Positions 23,421 through 37,700 are shown, numbered from the stretch's first letter. The stretch is DNA of 64,000 bases from Eledone cirrhosa (GCA_964016885.1 OZ024744.1:127472001-127536000); one strand, 5' to 3'. Program-made: numbers and translations. Notes: a model not told the origin generated them from the letters alone.

Positions 23421-26400
23421 GTAAGTTAAGTTGGGGGTAAGTTAAGTTGGGGTTAAGTTAAGTTGGGGTTAAATTAAGTTGAGGTTAAGTTAAGTTGCGG
23501 GTAAGATAAGTTGGTCCTAAGTTAAGTTGGGGCTAAGTCAAGTTGGGGTTAAGTCAAGTTGAGGTTAACTTAAGTTGGGGTTAAGTTAAGTTGGGGTTAA
23601 GTTAAGTCGGGGTTAAGTTAAGTTGGGGTTAAGGTAAGTTGGGGTTATGTTAAGTTGGGGCTAAGTTAAGTTGGGGCTAAGTTAAGTTGGGGCTGAGTTA
23701 AGTTGGGGTTAAGTTAAGTTGGGGTTGAGTTAAGTTGGGGTTAAGTTAAGTTGGGGTTAATTTAAGTTGGGGTTAAGTTAAGTTGGGGTTAAGATAAGTT
23801 GGGGTTAAGTTAAGTTGGGGTTAAGTTAAGTTGGGGTTGAGTTAATTTGGGGTTAAGTTAAGTTGGGGTTAACTTAAGTTGGGGTTAAGTTGGGGTTAAG
23901 TTAAGTTGGGGGTAGGTTAAGTTGGGGCAAGTTAAGTTAGGGTTAAGTTAAGTTGGGGTTAAGTTAAGTTGGGGGTAAGTTAAGTCGGGGTTAAGTTAAG
24001 TTGGGGTTTAGTTAAGTTGGGTTTAAGTTAAGTTGGGGCTAAGTTAAGTTGGGGCTAAGTTAAGTTGGGGCTGAGTTAAGTAGGGGGTAAGTTAAGTTGG
24101 GTGTAAGTTAAGTTGGGGTTCAGTTCAGTTGGGGTTAAGTTAAGTTGGGGTTAAGTTAAGCTGGGGTTAAGTTAAGTTGGGGTTAAGTTAAGTTGGGGTT
24201 AAGTTAAGTTGGGGTTAAGTTAAGTTGGGGTTGAGTTAAGTTGGGGTTAAGTTAAGTTGGGGGTAAGTTAAGTTGGGGGTAAGTTAAGTTGGGGGCAAGT
24301 TAAGTTGGGGTTAAGTTAAGTTCGGGTTAAGTTAAGTTGGGGTTAAGTTAAGTTAGGGTTAATTTCAGTTGGGGTTAACTTAAGTTGGGGTTAAGTTAAG
24401 TAAGGGTTAATTTAAGTTGGGGTTATGTTAAGTTGGGGTTAAGTTAAGTTGGGGTTAAGTTAAGTTGGTGTTAAGTAAAGTTGGGGTTAAGTTAAGTTGT
24501 GGGTTAAGTTAAGTTGGGGTTAAGTTAAGTTGGGGTTAAGTTAAGTTGGTGTTAAGTAAAGTTGGGCTTAAGTTAAGTTGGGTTTGAGTTAAGTTGGGTC
24601 TAAGTTAAGTTAGGGTTAATTTAAGTTGGGGTTATGTTAAGTTGGGGTTAAGTTAAGTTGGGGCTAGGTTAAGTTGGGTCTAAGTTAAGTTGGGGTTAAG
24701 TTAAGTTGGGGTTAAGTTAAGTTGGGGTTAAATTAAGTTGGGGTTAAGTTAAGTTGGGGTTAAGCTAAGTTGGGGTTAAGTTAATTTGCGGTTAAGTTAG
24801 GTTGTTGGTTAATTTAAGTTGGGGGTAAGTTAAGTTGGGGGTAAGTTAAGTTGGGGTTAAGTTAAGTTGGGGTTAAGTTAAGTTGGGGTTAAATTAAGTT
24901 GGGGTTAAGTTAAGTTGTGGTTAAGTTCAGTTGGGGTTAAGTTAAGTTGGGGTTAAGTTATGCTGGGGGTAAGTTAAGTTGGGTGTAAGTTAAGTTGGGG
25001 TTAAGTTAAGTTGGGGTTAAGTTAAGTTGGGGTTAAATTAAGTTGGGGTTAAGTTAAGTTGGGGTTATGTTAAGTTGGGGTTAAGTTAAGTTGGGGTTAA
25101 GATAAGTTGGGGTTAAGTTAAGTTGAGGTTAAGTTAAGTTGGAGTTAAGTTAAGTTGGGGTTAAGCTAAGTTGGGGTTAAGTTAATTTGCGGTTAAGTTA
25201 GGTTGTGGGTTAAGTTAAGTTGGGGTTAAGTTAAGCTGGGGTTAAGTTGGGGTAAGTTAAGTTGGGGGTAAGTTAAGTTGGGGTTAAGTTAAGTTGGGGT
25301 TAAGTTAAGTTGGGGCTAAGTTAAGTTGGGGTTGAGTTAAGTTGAGGTTGAGTTAAGTTGGGGTTAAGTTAAGTTGGGGTTAAGTTAAGTTGGGGTTAAG
25401 TTAAGTTGGGGTTAAGTTAAGTTGGGGGTAAGTTAAGTTGGGGGCAAGTTAAGTTGGGGTTAAGTTAAGTTGGGGTTAAGTTAAGTTGGGGTTAAGTTAA
25501 GTTGGGGTTAAGTTAAATTGGGGTTAAGTTAAGTTAGGGTTAATTTCAGTTGGGGTTATGTTAAGTTGGGGTTAAGTTAAGTTGGGGTTAAGTTAAAGTT
25601 GGGGTTAAGTTAAGTTGGGGTAAAGTTAAGTTAGGGTTAAGTTAAGTTGGGGTTAAGTTAAGTTGGGGTTAAATTAAGTTGGGGTTAAGTTAAGTTGGGG
25701 TTAAGTTAAGTTGGGGTTAAATTAAGTTGAGGTTCACTTAAGTTGGGGTTAAATTAAGTTGGGGTTAAGTTAAGTTGGGGTTAGTTAAGTTGGGGTTAAG
25801 TTAAGTTGGGGTTAAGTTAAGTTGGGGTTAAGTTAAGTTGGGGTTAAGTTAAGTTGGCGTTAAGTTAAGTTGGGGTTAAGTTAAGTTGGGGTTAAATTAA
25901 GTTGGGGTTAAGTTAAGTTGGGGTTAAGTTAAGTTGGGGTTAAGTTAAGTTGGAGTTAAGTTAAGTTGGAGTTAAGTTAAGTTGGGGTTAAGCTAAGTTG
26001 GGGTTCAGTTAAGTTGGGGTTAAGTTAATTTGGGGCTGAGTTAAGTTGGGGTTAAGTTAAGTTCGGGTTGAGTTAAGTTGGGGTTAAGTTAAGTTGGGGT
26101 TAAGTTAAGTTGGGGTTAAGTTAAGTTGGGGTTAAGATAAGTTGGGGTTAAGTTAAGTTGGGGTTAATTTAAGTTGGGGTTGAGTTAATTTGGGTTTAAG
26201 TTAAGTTGGGCTTAATTTAAGTTAGGGTTAAGTTGGGGTTAAGTTGGGGTTAAGTTAAGTTGGGGTTAAGTTAAGTTGGGGTTAAATTAAGTTGGGGGTA
26301 AGTTAAGTTGGGGGTAAGTTAATTGGGGTTAAGTTAAGTTGGGGTTAAATTAAGTTGAGGTTAAGTGAAGTTGGGGTTAAGTTAAGTTGGGGGTAAGATA

Positions 26401-26499
26401 AGTTGGGGGTAAGATAAGTTGGGGCTAAGTTAAGTTGGGGCTAAGTCAAGTTGGGGTTAATTCAAGTTGAGGTTAACTTAAGTTGGGGTTAAGTTAAGT

Positions 26500-29400
26500 T
26501 GGGGTTATGTTAAGTTGGGGCTAAGTTAAGTTGGGGCTAAGTTAAGTTGGGGCTGAGTTAAGTTGGGGTTAAGTTAAGTTGGGGTTGAGTTAAGTTGGGG
26601 TTAAGTTAAGTTGGGATTAAGTTAAGTTGGGGTTGAGTTAAGTTCGGCTTGAGTTAAGTTGGAGTTAAGTTAATTTGGGGTTAATTTAAGTTGGGGTTAA
26701 GTTAAGTTGGGGTTAAGATAAGTTGGGGTTAAGTTAAGTTGGGGTTAAGTTAAGTTGGGGTTGAGTTAATTTGGGGTTAAGTTAAGTTGGGGTTAACTTA
26801 AGTTGGGGTTAAGTTGGGGTTAAGTTAAGTTGGGGGTAGGTTAAGTTGGGGGCAAGTTAAGTTGGGGTTAAGTTAAGTTGGGGTTAAGTTAAGTTGGGGG
26901 TAAGTTAAGTCGGGGTTAAGTTAAGTTGGGGTTAAGTTAAGTTGGGTTTAAGTTAAGTTGGGGCTGAGTTAAGTTGGGGGTAAGTTAAGTTGGGTGTAAG
27001 TTAAGTTGGGGTTAAGTTAAGTTGGGGTTAATTTAAGTTGGGGTTGAGTTAATTTGGGGGTAAGTTAAGTTGGGGGCAAGTTATGTTGGGGTTAATTTAA
27101 GTTGGGCTTAAGTTAAGTTGGGGTTATGTTAAATTGGGGTTAAGTTATGTTGGGGTTAAGTTAAGTTGGGGGTAACTTAAGTTGGGGTTAAGTTAAGTTG
27201 AGGGTAAGTTAAGTTGAGGGTAAGTTAAGTTGAGGTTAAGTTAAGTTGGGGTTAAGTTAAGTTGGGGGTAAGTTAAGTTGGGGGTATGTTAAGTTGGGGT
27301 TAAGTTAAGTTGGGGTTAAATTAAGTTGAGGTTAAGTTAATTTGGGGTTAAGTTAAGTTGGGGTTAAGTTAAGTTGGGGTTAAATTAAGTTGGGGTTCAA
27401 TTAAGTTGGGGTTAAATTAAGTTGGGGTTAAGTTAAGTTGGGGTTAAGTTAAGTTGGTGTTAAGGTAAGTTGGGGTTATGTTAAGTTGGGGCTAAGTTAA
27501 GTTGGGGCTAAGTTAAGTTGGGGCTGAGTTAAGTTGGGGTTAGGTTAAGTTGGGGTTGAGTTAAGTTGGGGTTAAGTTAAGTTGGGATTAAGTTAAGTTG
27601 GGGTTGAGTTAAGTTCGGCTTGAGTTAAGTTGGGGTTAAGTTAAGTTGGGGTTAATTTAAGTTGGGGTTAAGTTAAGTTGGGGTTAAGATAAGTTGGGGT
27701 TAAGTTAAGTTGGGGTTAAGTTAAGTTGGGGTTGAGTTAATTTGGGGTTAAGTTAAGTTGGGGCTAACTTAAGTTGGGGTTAAGTTAAGTTGGGGGTAGG
27801 TTAAGTTGGGGGCAAGTTAAGTTGGGGTTAAGGTAAGTTGGGGTTAAGTTAAGTTGGGGGTAAGTTAAGTCGGGGTTAAGTTAAGTTGGGGTTAAGTTAA
27901 GTTGGGTTTAAGTTAAGTTGGGGCTAAGTTAAGTTGGGGCTAAGTTAAGTTGGGGCTGAGTTAAGTTGGGGGTAAGTTAAGTTGGGGTTAATTTAAGTTG
28001 GGGTTGAGTTAATTTGGGTTTAAGTTAAGTTGGGCTTAACTTAAGTTGGGGTTAAGTTGGGGTTAAGTTAAGTTGGGGGCAATTAAGTTGGGGTTAATTT
28101 AAGTTGGGGTTAAGTTAAGTTGGGGTTATGTTAAGTTGGGGTTAAGTTAAGTTGGGGTTAAGTTAAGTTGGGGTAACTTAAGTTGGGGTTAAGTTAAGTT
28201 GAGGGTAAGTTAAGTTGAGGGTAAGTTAAGTTGAGGTTAAGTTAAGTTGGGGTTAAGTTAAGTTGGGGTTAAGTTAATTTGGGGTTAAATTAAGTTGGGG
28301 TTAAGTTAAGTTGGGGTTCAGTTAAGTTGGGGTTAAATTAAGTTGGGGTTCAGTTAAGTTGGGGTTAAATTAAGTTGGGGTTAAGTTAAGTTGGGGTTAG
28401 TTAAGTTGGGGTTAAGTTAAGTTGGGGTTAAGTTAAGTTGGGGTTAAGTTAAGTTGGGGTTAAGTTAAGTTGGCGTTAAGTTAAGTTGGGGTTAAGTTAA
28501 GTTGGGGTTAAATTAAGTTGGGGTTAAGTTAAGTTGGGGTTAATTTAAGTTGGGGTTAAGTTAAGTTGGGGTTAAGTTAAGTTGGAGTTAAGTTAAGTTA
28601 GGGTTAAGTTAAGCTGGGGGTAAGTTAAGTTGGGGTTAAGTTAAGTTGGGGTTAAGTTAAGTTGGGGTTAAGTTAAGTTGGGGTTAAGTTAAGTTGGAGT
28701 TAAGTTAAGTTGGAGTTAAGTTAAGTTAGGGTTAAGCTAAGTTGGGGTTCAGTTAAGTTGGGGTTAAGTTAATTTGGGGCTGAGTTAAGTTGGGGTTAAG
28801 TTAATTTCGGGTTGAGTTAAGTTGGGGTTAAATTAAGTTGGGGTTAAGATAAGTTGGGGTTAAGTTAAGTTGGGGTTAATTTAAGTTGGGGTTGAGTTAA
28901 TTTGGGTTTAAGTTAAGTTGGGCTTAACTTAAGTTGGGGTTAAGTTGGGGTTAAGTTGGGGTTAAGTTGGGGTTAAGTTAAGTTGGGGGTAAGTTAAGTT
29001 GGGGGCAAGTTAAGTTGGGGTTAAGTTAAAGTTGGGGTTAAGTTAAGTTGGGGTAAAGTTAAGTTAGGGTTAAGTTAAGTTGGGGTTAAGTTAAGTAGGG
29101 GTTAAATTAAGTTGGGGTTCAGTTAAGTTGGGGTTAAATTAAGTTGGGGTTAAGTTAAGTTGGGGTTAAGTTAAGTTGGGGTTAAGGTAAGTTGGGGTTA
29201 TGTTAAGTTGGGGCTAAGTTAAGTTGGGGCTAAGTTAAGTTGGGGCTGAGTTAAGTTGGGGTGAAGTTAAGTTGGGGTTGAGTTAAGTTGGGGTTAAGTT
29301 AAGTTGGGATTAAGTTAAGTTGGGGTTGAGTTAAGTTCGGCTTGAGTTAAGTTGGAGTTAAGTTAATTTGGGGTTAATTTAAGTTGGGGTTAAGTTAAGT

Positions 29401-31790
29401 TGGGGTTAAGATAAGTTGGGGTTAAGTTAAGTTGGGGTTAAGTTAAGTTGGGGTTGAGTTAATTTGGGGTTAAGTTAAGTTGGGGTTAACTTAAGTTGGG
29501 GTTAAGTTGGGGTTAAGTTAAGTTGGGGGTAGGTTAAGTTGGGGGCAAGTTAAGTTGGGGTTAAGTTAAGTTGGGGTTAAGTTAAGTTGGGGGTAAGTTA
29601 AGTCGGGGTTAAGTTAAGTTGGGGTTAAGTTAAGTTGGGTTTAAGTTAAGTTGGGGCTGAGTTAAGTTGGGGGTAAGTTAAGTTGGGTGTAAGTTAAGTT
29701 GGGGTTAAGTTAAGTTGGGGTTAATTTAAGTTGGGGTTGAGTTAATTTGGGTTTAAGTTAAGTTGGGCTTAACTTAAGTTGGGGTTAAGTTGGGGTTAAG
29801 TTAAGTTGGGGTTAAGTTAAGTTGGGGGTAAGTTAAGTTGGGGGCAAGTTATGTTGGGGTTAATTTAAGTTGGGCTTAAGTTAAGTTGGGGTTATGTTAA
29901 ATTGGGGTTAAGTTATGTTGGGGTTAAGTTAAGTTGGGGGTAACTTAAGTTGGGGTTAAGTTAAGTTGAGGGTAAGTTAAGTTGAGGGTAAGTTAAGTTG
30001 AGGTTAAGTTAAGTTGGGGTTAAGTTAAGTTGGGGGTAAGTTAAGTTGGGGGTAAGTTAAGTTGGGGTTAAGTTAAGTTGGGGTTAAATTAAGTTGAGGT
30101 TAAGTTAATTTGGGGTTAAGTTAAGTTGGGGTTAAGTTAAGTTGGGGTTAAATTAAGTTGGGGTTCAATTAAGTTGGGGTTAAATTAAGTTGGGGTTAAG
30201 TTAAGTTGGGGTTAAGTTAAGTTGGTGTTAAGGTAAGTTGGGGTTATGTTAAGTTGGGGCTAAGTTAAGTTGGGGCTAAGTTAAGTTGGGGCTGAGTTAA
30301 GTTGGGGTTAGGTTAAGTTGGGGTTGAGTTAAGTTGGGGTTAAGTTAAGTTGGGATTAAGTTAAGTTGGGGTTGAGTTAAGTTCGGCTTGAGTTAAGTTG
30401 GGGTTAAGTTAAGTTGGGGTTAATTTAAGTTGGGGTTAAGTTAAGTTGGGGTTAAGATAAGTTGGGGTTAAGTTAAGTTGGGGTTAAGTTAAGTTGGGGT
30501 TGAGTTAATTTGGGGTTAAGTTAAGTTGGGGCTAACTTAAGTTGGGGTTAAGTTAAGTTGGGGGTAGGTTAAGTTGGGGGCAAGTTAAGTTGGGGTTAAG
30601 GTAAGTTGGGGTTAAGTTAAGTTGGGGGTAAGTTAAGTCGGGGTTAAGTTAAGTTGGGGTTAAGTTAAGTTGGGTTTAAGTTAAGTTGGGGCTAAGTTAA
30701 GTTGGGGCTAAGTTAAGTTGGGGCTGAGTTAAGTTGGGGGTAAGTTAAGTTGGGGTTAATTTAAGTTGGGGTTGAGTTAATTTGGGTTTAAGTTAAGTTG
30801 GGCTTAACTTAAGTTGGGGTTAAGTTGGGGTTAAGTTAAGTTGGGGGCAATTAAGTTGGGGTTAATTTAAGTTGGGGTTAAGTTAAGTTGGGGTTATGTT
30901 AAGTTGGGGTTAAGTTAAGTTGGGGTTAAGTTAAGTTGGGGTAACTTAAGTTGGGGTTAAGTTAAGTTGAGGGTAAGTTAAGTTGAGGGTAAGTTAAGTT
31001 GAGGTTAAGTTAAGTTGGGGTTAAGTTAAGTTGGGGTTAAGTTAATTTGGGGTTAAATTAAGTTGGGGTTAAGTTAAGTTGGGGTTCAGTTAAGTTGGGG
31101 TTAAATTAAGTTGGGGTTCAGTTAAGTTGGGGTTAAATTAAGTTGGGGTTAAGTTAAGTTGGGGTTAGTTAAGTTGGGGTTAAGTTAAGTTGGGGTTAAG
31201 TTAAGTTGGGGTTAAGTTAAGTTGGGGTTAAGTTAAGTTGGCGTTAAGTTAAGTTGGGGTTAAGTTAAGTTGGGGTTAAATTAAGTTGGGGTTAAGTTAA
31301 GTTGGGGTTAATTTAAGTTGGGGTTAAGTTAAGTTGGGGTTAAGTTAAGTTGGAGTTAAGTTAAGTTAGGGTTAAGTTAAGCTGGGGGTAAGTTAAGTTG
31401 GGGTTAAGTTAAGTTGGGGTTAAGTTAAGTTGGGGTTAAGTTAAGTTGGGGTTAAGTTAAGTTGGAGTTAAGTTAAGTTGGAGTTAAGTTAAGTTAGGGT
31501 TAAGCTAAGTTGGGGTTCAGTTAAGTTGGGGTTAAGTTAATTTGGGGCTGAGTTAAGTTGGGGTTAAGTTAATTTCGGGTTGAGTTAAGTTGGGGTTGAA
31601 TTAAGTTGGGGTTAAGATAAGTTGGGGTTAAGTTAAGTTGGGGTTAATTTAAGTTGGGGTTGAGTTAATTTGGGTTTAAGTTAAGTTGGGCTTAACTTAA
31701 GTTGGGGTTAAGTTGGGGTTAAGTTGGGGTTAAGTTGGGGTTAAGTTAAGTTGGGGGTAAGTTAAGTTGGGGGCAAGTTAAGTTGGGGTT
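26500..31790 (+). repeat. Nested duplication (2,768-bp offset) inside the first 8,006-bp unit; repeated at ~34,500-39,800
   Basis: GGTGTTAAGGTA at 27,458/30,226 and CGGCTT at 27,616/30,384. The offset is 2,693 upstream of a 75-bp deletion near 27,050 (CGGCTT at 26,645/29,338). Confidence 0.85.
28936..28972 (+). other. Canonical G-quadruplex motif (GGGG-TTAAGTT)3-GGGG from three consecutive 11-bp monomers; copies at 31,704-31,740, 36,942-36,978, 39,710-39,746
   Basis: Four G4 tracts with 7-nt loops read directly from the sequence. It matches the G3+N1-7 pattern. Folding itself is not demonstrated. Confidence 0.7.
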
Positions 31791-34700
31791 AATTTAAGTT
31801 GGGGTTAAGTTAAGTTGGGGTTATGTTAAGTTGGGGTTAATTTAAGTTGGGGTTAAGTTAAGTTGGGGGTAACTTAAGTTGAGGGTAAGTTAAGTTGAGG
31901 GTAAGTTAAGTTGAGGGTAAGTTAAGTTGAGGTTAAGTTAAGTTGGGGTTAAGTTAAGTTGGGGTTAAGTTAAGTTGGGGGTAAGTTAAGTCGGGGTTAA
32001 GTTAAGTTGGGGTTTAGTTAAGTTGGGTTTAAGTTAAGTTGGGGCTAAGTTAAGTTGGGGCTAAGTTAAGTTGGGGCTGAGTTAAGTAGGGGGTAAGTTA
32101 AGTTGGGTGTAAGTTAAGTTGGGGTTCAGTTCAGTTGGGGTTAAGTTAAGTTGGGGTTAAGTTAAGCTGGGGTTAAGTTAAGTTGGGGTTAAGTTAAGTT
32201 GGGGTTAAGTTAAGTTGGGGTTAAGTTAAGTTGGGGTTGAGTTAAGTTGGGGTTAAGTTAAGTTGGGGGTAAGTTAAGTTGGGGGTAAGTTAAGTTGGGG
32301 GCAAGTTAAGTTGGGGTTAAGTTAAGTTCGGGTTAAGTTAAGTTGGGGTTAAGTTAAGTTAGGGTTAATTTCAGTTGGGGTTAACTTAAGTTGGGGTTAA
32401 GTTAAGTAAGGGTTAATTTAAGTTGGGGTTATGTTAAGTTGGGGTTAAGTTAAGTTGGGGTTAAGTTAAGTTGGTGTTAAGTAAAGTTGGGGTTAAGTTA
32501 AGTTGTGGGTTAAGTTAAGTTGGGGTTAAGTTAAGTTGGGGTTAAGTTAAGTTGGTGTTAAGTAAAGTTGGGCTTAAGTTAAGTTGGGTTTGAGTTAAGT
32601 TGGGTCTAAGTTAAGTTAGGGTTAATTTAAGTTGGGGTTATGTTAAGTTGGGGTTAAGTTAAGTTGGGGCTAGGTTAAGTTGGGTCTAAGTTAAGTTGGG
32701 GTTAAGTTAAGTTGGGGTTAAGTTAAGTTGGGGTTAAATTAAGTTGGGGTTAAGTTAAGTTGGGGTTAAGCTAAGTTGGGGTTAAGTTAATTTGCGGTTA
32801 AGTTAGGTTGTTGGTTAATTTAAGTTGGGGGTAAGTTAAGTTGGGGGTAAGTTAAGTTGGGGTTAAGTTAAGTTGGGGTTAAGTTAAGTTGGGGTTAAAT
32901 TAAGTTGGGGTTAAGTTAAGTTGTGGTTAAGTTCAGTTGGGGTTAAGTTAAGTTGGGGTTAAGTTATGCTGGGGGTAAGTTAAGTTGGGTGTAAGTTAAG
33001 TTGGGGTTAAGTTAAGTTGGGGTTAAGTTAAGTTGGGGTTAAATTAAGTTGGGGTTAAGTTAAGTTGGGGTTATGTTAAGTTGGGGTTAAGTTAAGTTGG
33101 GGTTAAGATAAGTTGGGGTTAAGTTAAGTTGAGGTTAAGTTAAGTTGGAGTTAAGTTAAGTTGGGGTTAAGCTAAGTTGGGGTTAAGTTAATTTGCGGTT
33201 AAGTTAGGTTGTGGGTTAAGTTAAGTTGGGGTTAAGTTAAGCTGGGGTTAAGTTGGGGTAAGTTAAGTTGGGGGTAAGTTAAGTTGGGGTTAAGTTAAGT
33301 TGGGGTTAAGTTAAGTTGGGGCTAAGTTAAGTTGGGGTTGAGTTAAGTTGAGGTTGAGTTAAGTTGGGGTTAAGTTAAGTTGGGGTTAAGTTAAGTTGGG
33401 GTTAAGTTAAGTTGGGGTTAAGTTAAGTTGGGGGTAAGTTAAGTTGGGGGCAAGTTAAGTTGGGGTTAAGTTAAGTTGGGGTTAAGTTAAGTTGGGGTTA
33501 AGTTAAGTTGGGGTTAAGTTAAATTGGGGTTAAGTTAAGTTAGGGTTAATTTCAGTTGGGGTTATGTTAAGTTGGGGTTAAGTTAAGTTGGGGTTAAGTT
33601 AAAGTTGGGGTTAAGTTAAGTTGGGGTAAAGTTAAGTTAGGGTTAAGTTAAGTTGGGGTTAAGTTAAGTTGGGGTTAAATTAAGTTGGGGTTAAGTTAAG
33701 TTGGGGTTAAGTTAAGTTGGGGTTAAATTAAGTTGAGGTTCACTTAAGTTGGGGTTAAATTAAGTTGGGGTTAAGTTAAGTTGGGGTTAGTTAAGTTGGG
33801 GTTAAGTTAAGTTGGGGTTAAGTTAAGTTGGGGTTAAGTTAAGTTGGGGTTAAGTTAAGTTGGCGTTAAGTTAAGTTGGGGTTAAGTTAAGTTGGGGTTA
33901 AATTAAGTTGGGGTTAAGTTAAGTTGGGGTTAAGTTAAGTTGGGGTTAAGTTAAGTTGGAGTTAAGTTAAGTTGGAGTTAAGTTAAGTTGGGGTTAAGCT
34001 AAGTTGGGGTTCAGTTAAGTTGGGGTTAAGTTAATTTGGGGCTGAGTTAAGTTGGGGTTAAGTTAAGTTCGGGTTGAGTTAAGTTGGGGTTAAGTTAAGT
34101 TGGGGTTAAGTTAAGTTGGGGTTAAGTTAAGTTGGGGTTAAGATAAGTTGGGGTTAAGTTAAGTTGGGGTTAATTTAAGTTGGGGTTGAGTTAATTTGGG
34201 TTTAAGTTAAGTTGGGCTTAATTTAAGTTAGGGTTAAGTTGGGGTTAAGTTGGGGTTAAGTTAAGTTGGGGTTAAGTTAAGTTGGGGTTAAATTAAGTTG
34301 GGGGTAAGTTAAGTTGGGGGTAAGTTAATTGGGGTTAAGTTAAGTTGGGGTTAAATTAAGTTGAGGTTAAGTGAAGTTGGGGTTAAGTTAAGTTGGGGGT
34401 AAGATAAGTTGGGGGTAAGATAAGTTGGGGCTAAGTTAAGTTGGGGCTAAGTCAAGTTGGGGTTAATTCAAGTTGAGGTTAACTTAAGTTGGGGTTAAGT
34501 TAAGTTGGGGTTATGTTAAGTTGGGGCTAAGTTAAGTTGGGGCTAAGTTAAGTTGGGGCTGAGTTAAGTTGGGGTTAAGTTAAGTTGGGGTTGAGTTAAG
34601 TTGGGGTTAAGTTAAGTTGGGATTAAGTTAAGTTGGGGTTGAGTTAAGTTCGGCTTGAGTTAAGTTGGAGTTAAGTTAATTTGGGGTTAATTTAAGTTGG

Positions 34701-37700
34701 GGTTAAGTTAAGTTGGGGTTAAGATAAGTTGGGGTTAAGTTAAGTTGGGGTTAAGTTAAGTTGGGGTTGAGTTAATTTGGGGTTAAGTTAAGTTGGGGTT
34801 AACTTAAGTTGGGGTTAAGTTGGGGTTAAGTTAAGTTGGGGGTAGGTTAAGTTGGGGGCAAGTTAAGTTGGGGTTAAGTTAAGTTGGGGTTAAGTTAAGT
34901 TGGGGGTAAGTTAAGTCGGGGTTAAGTTAAGTTGGGGTTAAGTTAAGTTGGGTTTAAGTTAAGTTGGGGCTGAGTTAAGTTGGGGGTAAGTTAAGTTGGG
35001 TGTAAGTTAAGTTGGGGTTAAGTTAAGTTGGGGTTAATTTAAGTTGGGGTTGAGTTAATTTGGGGGTAAGTTAAGTTGGGGGCAAGTTATGTTGGGGTTA
35101 ATTTAAGTTGGGCTTAAGTTAAGTTGGGGTTATGTTAAATTGGGGTTAAGTTATGTTGGGGTTAAGTTAAGTTGGGGGTAACTTAAGTTGGGGTTAAGTT
35201 AAGTTGAGGGTAAGTTAAGTTGAGGGTAAGTTAAGTTGAGGTTAAGTTAAGTTGGGGTTAAGTTAAGTTGGGGGTAAGTTAAGTTGGGGGTATGTTAAGT
35301 TGGGGTTAAGTTAAGTTGGGGTTAAATTAAGTTGAGGTTAAGTTAATTTGGGGTTAAGTTAAGTTGGGGTTAAGTTAAGTTGGGGTTAAATTAAGTTGGG
35401 GTTCAATTAAGTTGGGGTTAAATTAAGTTGGGGTTAAGTTAAGTTGGGGTTAAGTTAAGTTGGTGTTAAGGTAAGTTGGGGTTATGTTAAGTTGGGGCTA
35501 AGTTAAGTTGGGGCTAAGTTAAGTTGGGGCTGAGTTAAGTTGGGGTTAGGTTAAGTTGGGGTTGAGTTAAGTTGGGGTTAAGTTAAGTTGGGATTAAGTT
35601 AAGTTGGGGTTGAGTTAAGTTCGGCTTGAGTTAAGTTGGGGTTAAGTTAAGTTGGGGTTAATTTAAGTTGGGGTTAAGTTAAGTTGGGGTTAAGATAAGT
35701 TGGGGTTAAGTTAAGTTGGGGTTAAGTTAAGTTGGGGTTGAGTTAATTTGGGGTTAAGTTAAGTTGGGGCTAACTTAAGTTGGGGTTAAGTTAAGTTGGG
35801 GGTAGGTTAAGTTGGGGGCAAGTTAAGTTGGGGTTAAGGTAAGTTGGGGTTAAGTTAAGTTGGGGGTAAGTTAAGTCGGGGTTAAGTTAAGTTGGGGTTA
35901 AGTTAAGTTGGGTTTAAGTTAAGTTGGGGCTAAGTTAAGTTGGGGCTAAGTTAAGTTGGGGCTGAGTTAAGTTGGGGGTAAGTTAAGTTGGGGTTAATTT
36001 AAGTTGGGGTTGAGTTAATTTGGGTTTAAGTTAAGTTGGGCTTAACTTAAGTTGGGGTTAAGTTGGGGTTAAGTTAAGTTGGGGGCAATTAAGTTGGGGT
36101 TAATTTAAGTTGGGGTTAAGTTAAGTTGGGGTTATGTTAAGTTGGGGTTAAGTTAAGTTGGGGTTAAGTTAAGTTGGGGTAACTTAAGTTGGGGTTAAGT
36201 TAAGTTGAGGGTAAGTTAAGTTGAGGGTAAGTTAAGTTGAGGTTAAGTTAAGTTGGGGTTAAGTTAAGTTGGGGTTAAGTTAATTTGGGGTTAAATTAAG
36301 TTGGGGTTAAGTTAAGTTGGGGTTCAGTTAAGTTGGGGTTAAATTAAGTTGGGGTTCAGTTAAGTTGGGGTTAAATTAAGTTGGGGTTAAGTTAAGTTGG
36401 GGTTAGTTAAGTTGGGGTTAAGTTAAGTTGGGGTTAAGTTAAGTTGGGGTTAAGTTAAGTTGGGGTTAAGTTAAGTTGGCGTTAAGTTAAGTTGGGGTTA
36501 AGTTAAGTTGGGGTTAAATTAAGTTGGGGTTAAGTTAAGTTGGGGTTAATTTAAGTTGGGGTTAAGTTAAGTTGGGGTTAAGTTAAGTTGGAGTTAAGTT
36601 AAGTTAGGGTTAAGTTAAGCTGGGGGTAAGTTAAGTTGGGGTTAAGTTAAGTTGGGGTTAAGTTAAGTTGGGGTTAAGTTAAGTTGGGGTTAAGTTAAGT
36701 TGGAGTTAAGTTAAGTTGGAGTTAAGTTAAGTTAGGGTTAAGCTAAGTTGGGGTTCAGTTAAGTTGGGGTTAAGTTAATTTGGGGCTGAGTTAAGTTGGG
36801 GTTAAGTTAATTTCGGGTTGAGTTAAGTTGGGGTTAAATTAAGTTGGGGTTAAGATAAGTTGGGGTTAAGTTAAGTTGGGGTTAATTTAAGTTGGGGTTG
36901 AGTTAATTTGGGTTTAAGTTAAGTTGGGCTTAACTTAAGTTGGGGTTAAGTTGGGGTTAAGTTGGGGTTAAGTTGGGGTTAAGTTAAGTTGGGGGTAAGT
37001 TAAGTTGGGGGCAAGTTAAGTTGGGGTTAAGTTAAAGTTGGGGTTAAGTTAAGTTGGGGTAAAGTTAAGTTAGGGTTAAGTTAAGTTGGGGTTAAGTTAA
37101 GTAGGGGTTAAATTAAGTTGGGGTTCAGTTAAGTTGGGGTTAAATTAAGTTGGGGTTAAGTTAAGTTGGGGTTAAGTTAAGTTGGGGTTAAGGTAAGTTG
37201 GGGTTATGTTAAGTTGGGGCTAAGTTAAGTTGGGGCTAAGTTAAGTTGGGGCTGAGTTAAGTTGGGGTGAAGTTAAGTTGGGGTTGAGTTAAGTTGGGGT
37301 TAAGTTAAGTTGGGATTAAGTTAAGTTGGGGTTGAGTTAAGTTCGGCTTGAGTTAAGTTGGAGTTAAGTTAATTTGGGGTTAATTTAAGTTGGGGTTAAG
37401 TTAAGTTGGGGTTAAGATAAGTTGGGGTTAAGTTAAGTTGGGGTTAAGTTAAGTTGGGGTTGAGTTAATTTGGGGTTAAGTTAAGTTGGGGTTAACTTAA
37501 GTTGGGGTTAAGTTGGGGTTAAGTTAAGTTGGGGGTAGGTTAAGTTGGGGGCAAGTTAAGTTGGGGTTAAGTTAAGTTGGGGTTAAGTTAAGTTGGGGGT
37601 AAGTTAAGTCGGGGTTAAGTTAAGTTGGGGTTAAGTTAAGTTGGGTTTAAGTTAAGTTGGGGCTGAGTTAAGTTGGGGGTAAGTTAAGTTGGGTGTAAGT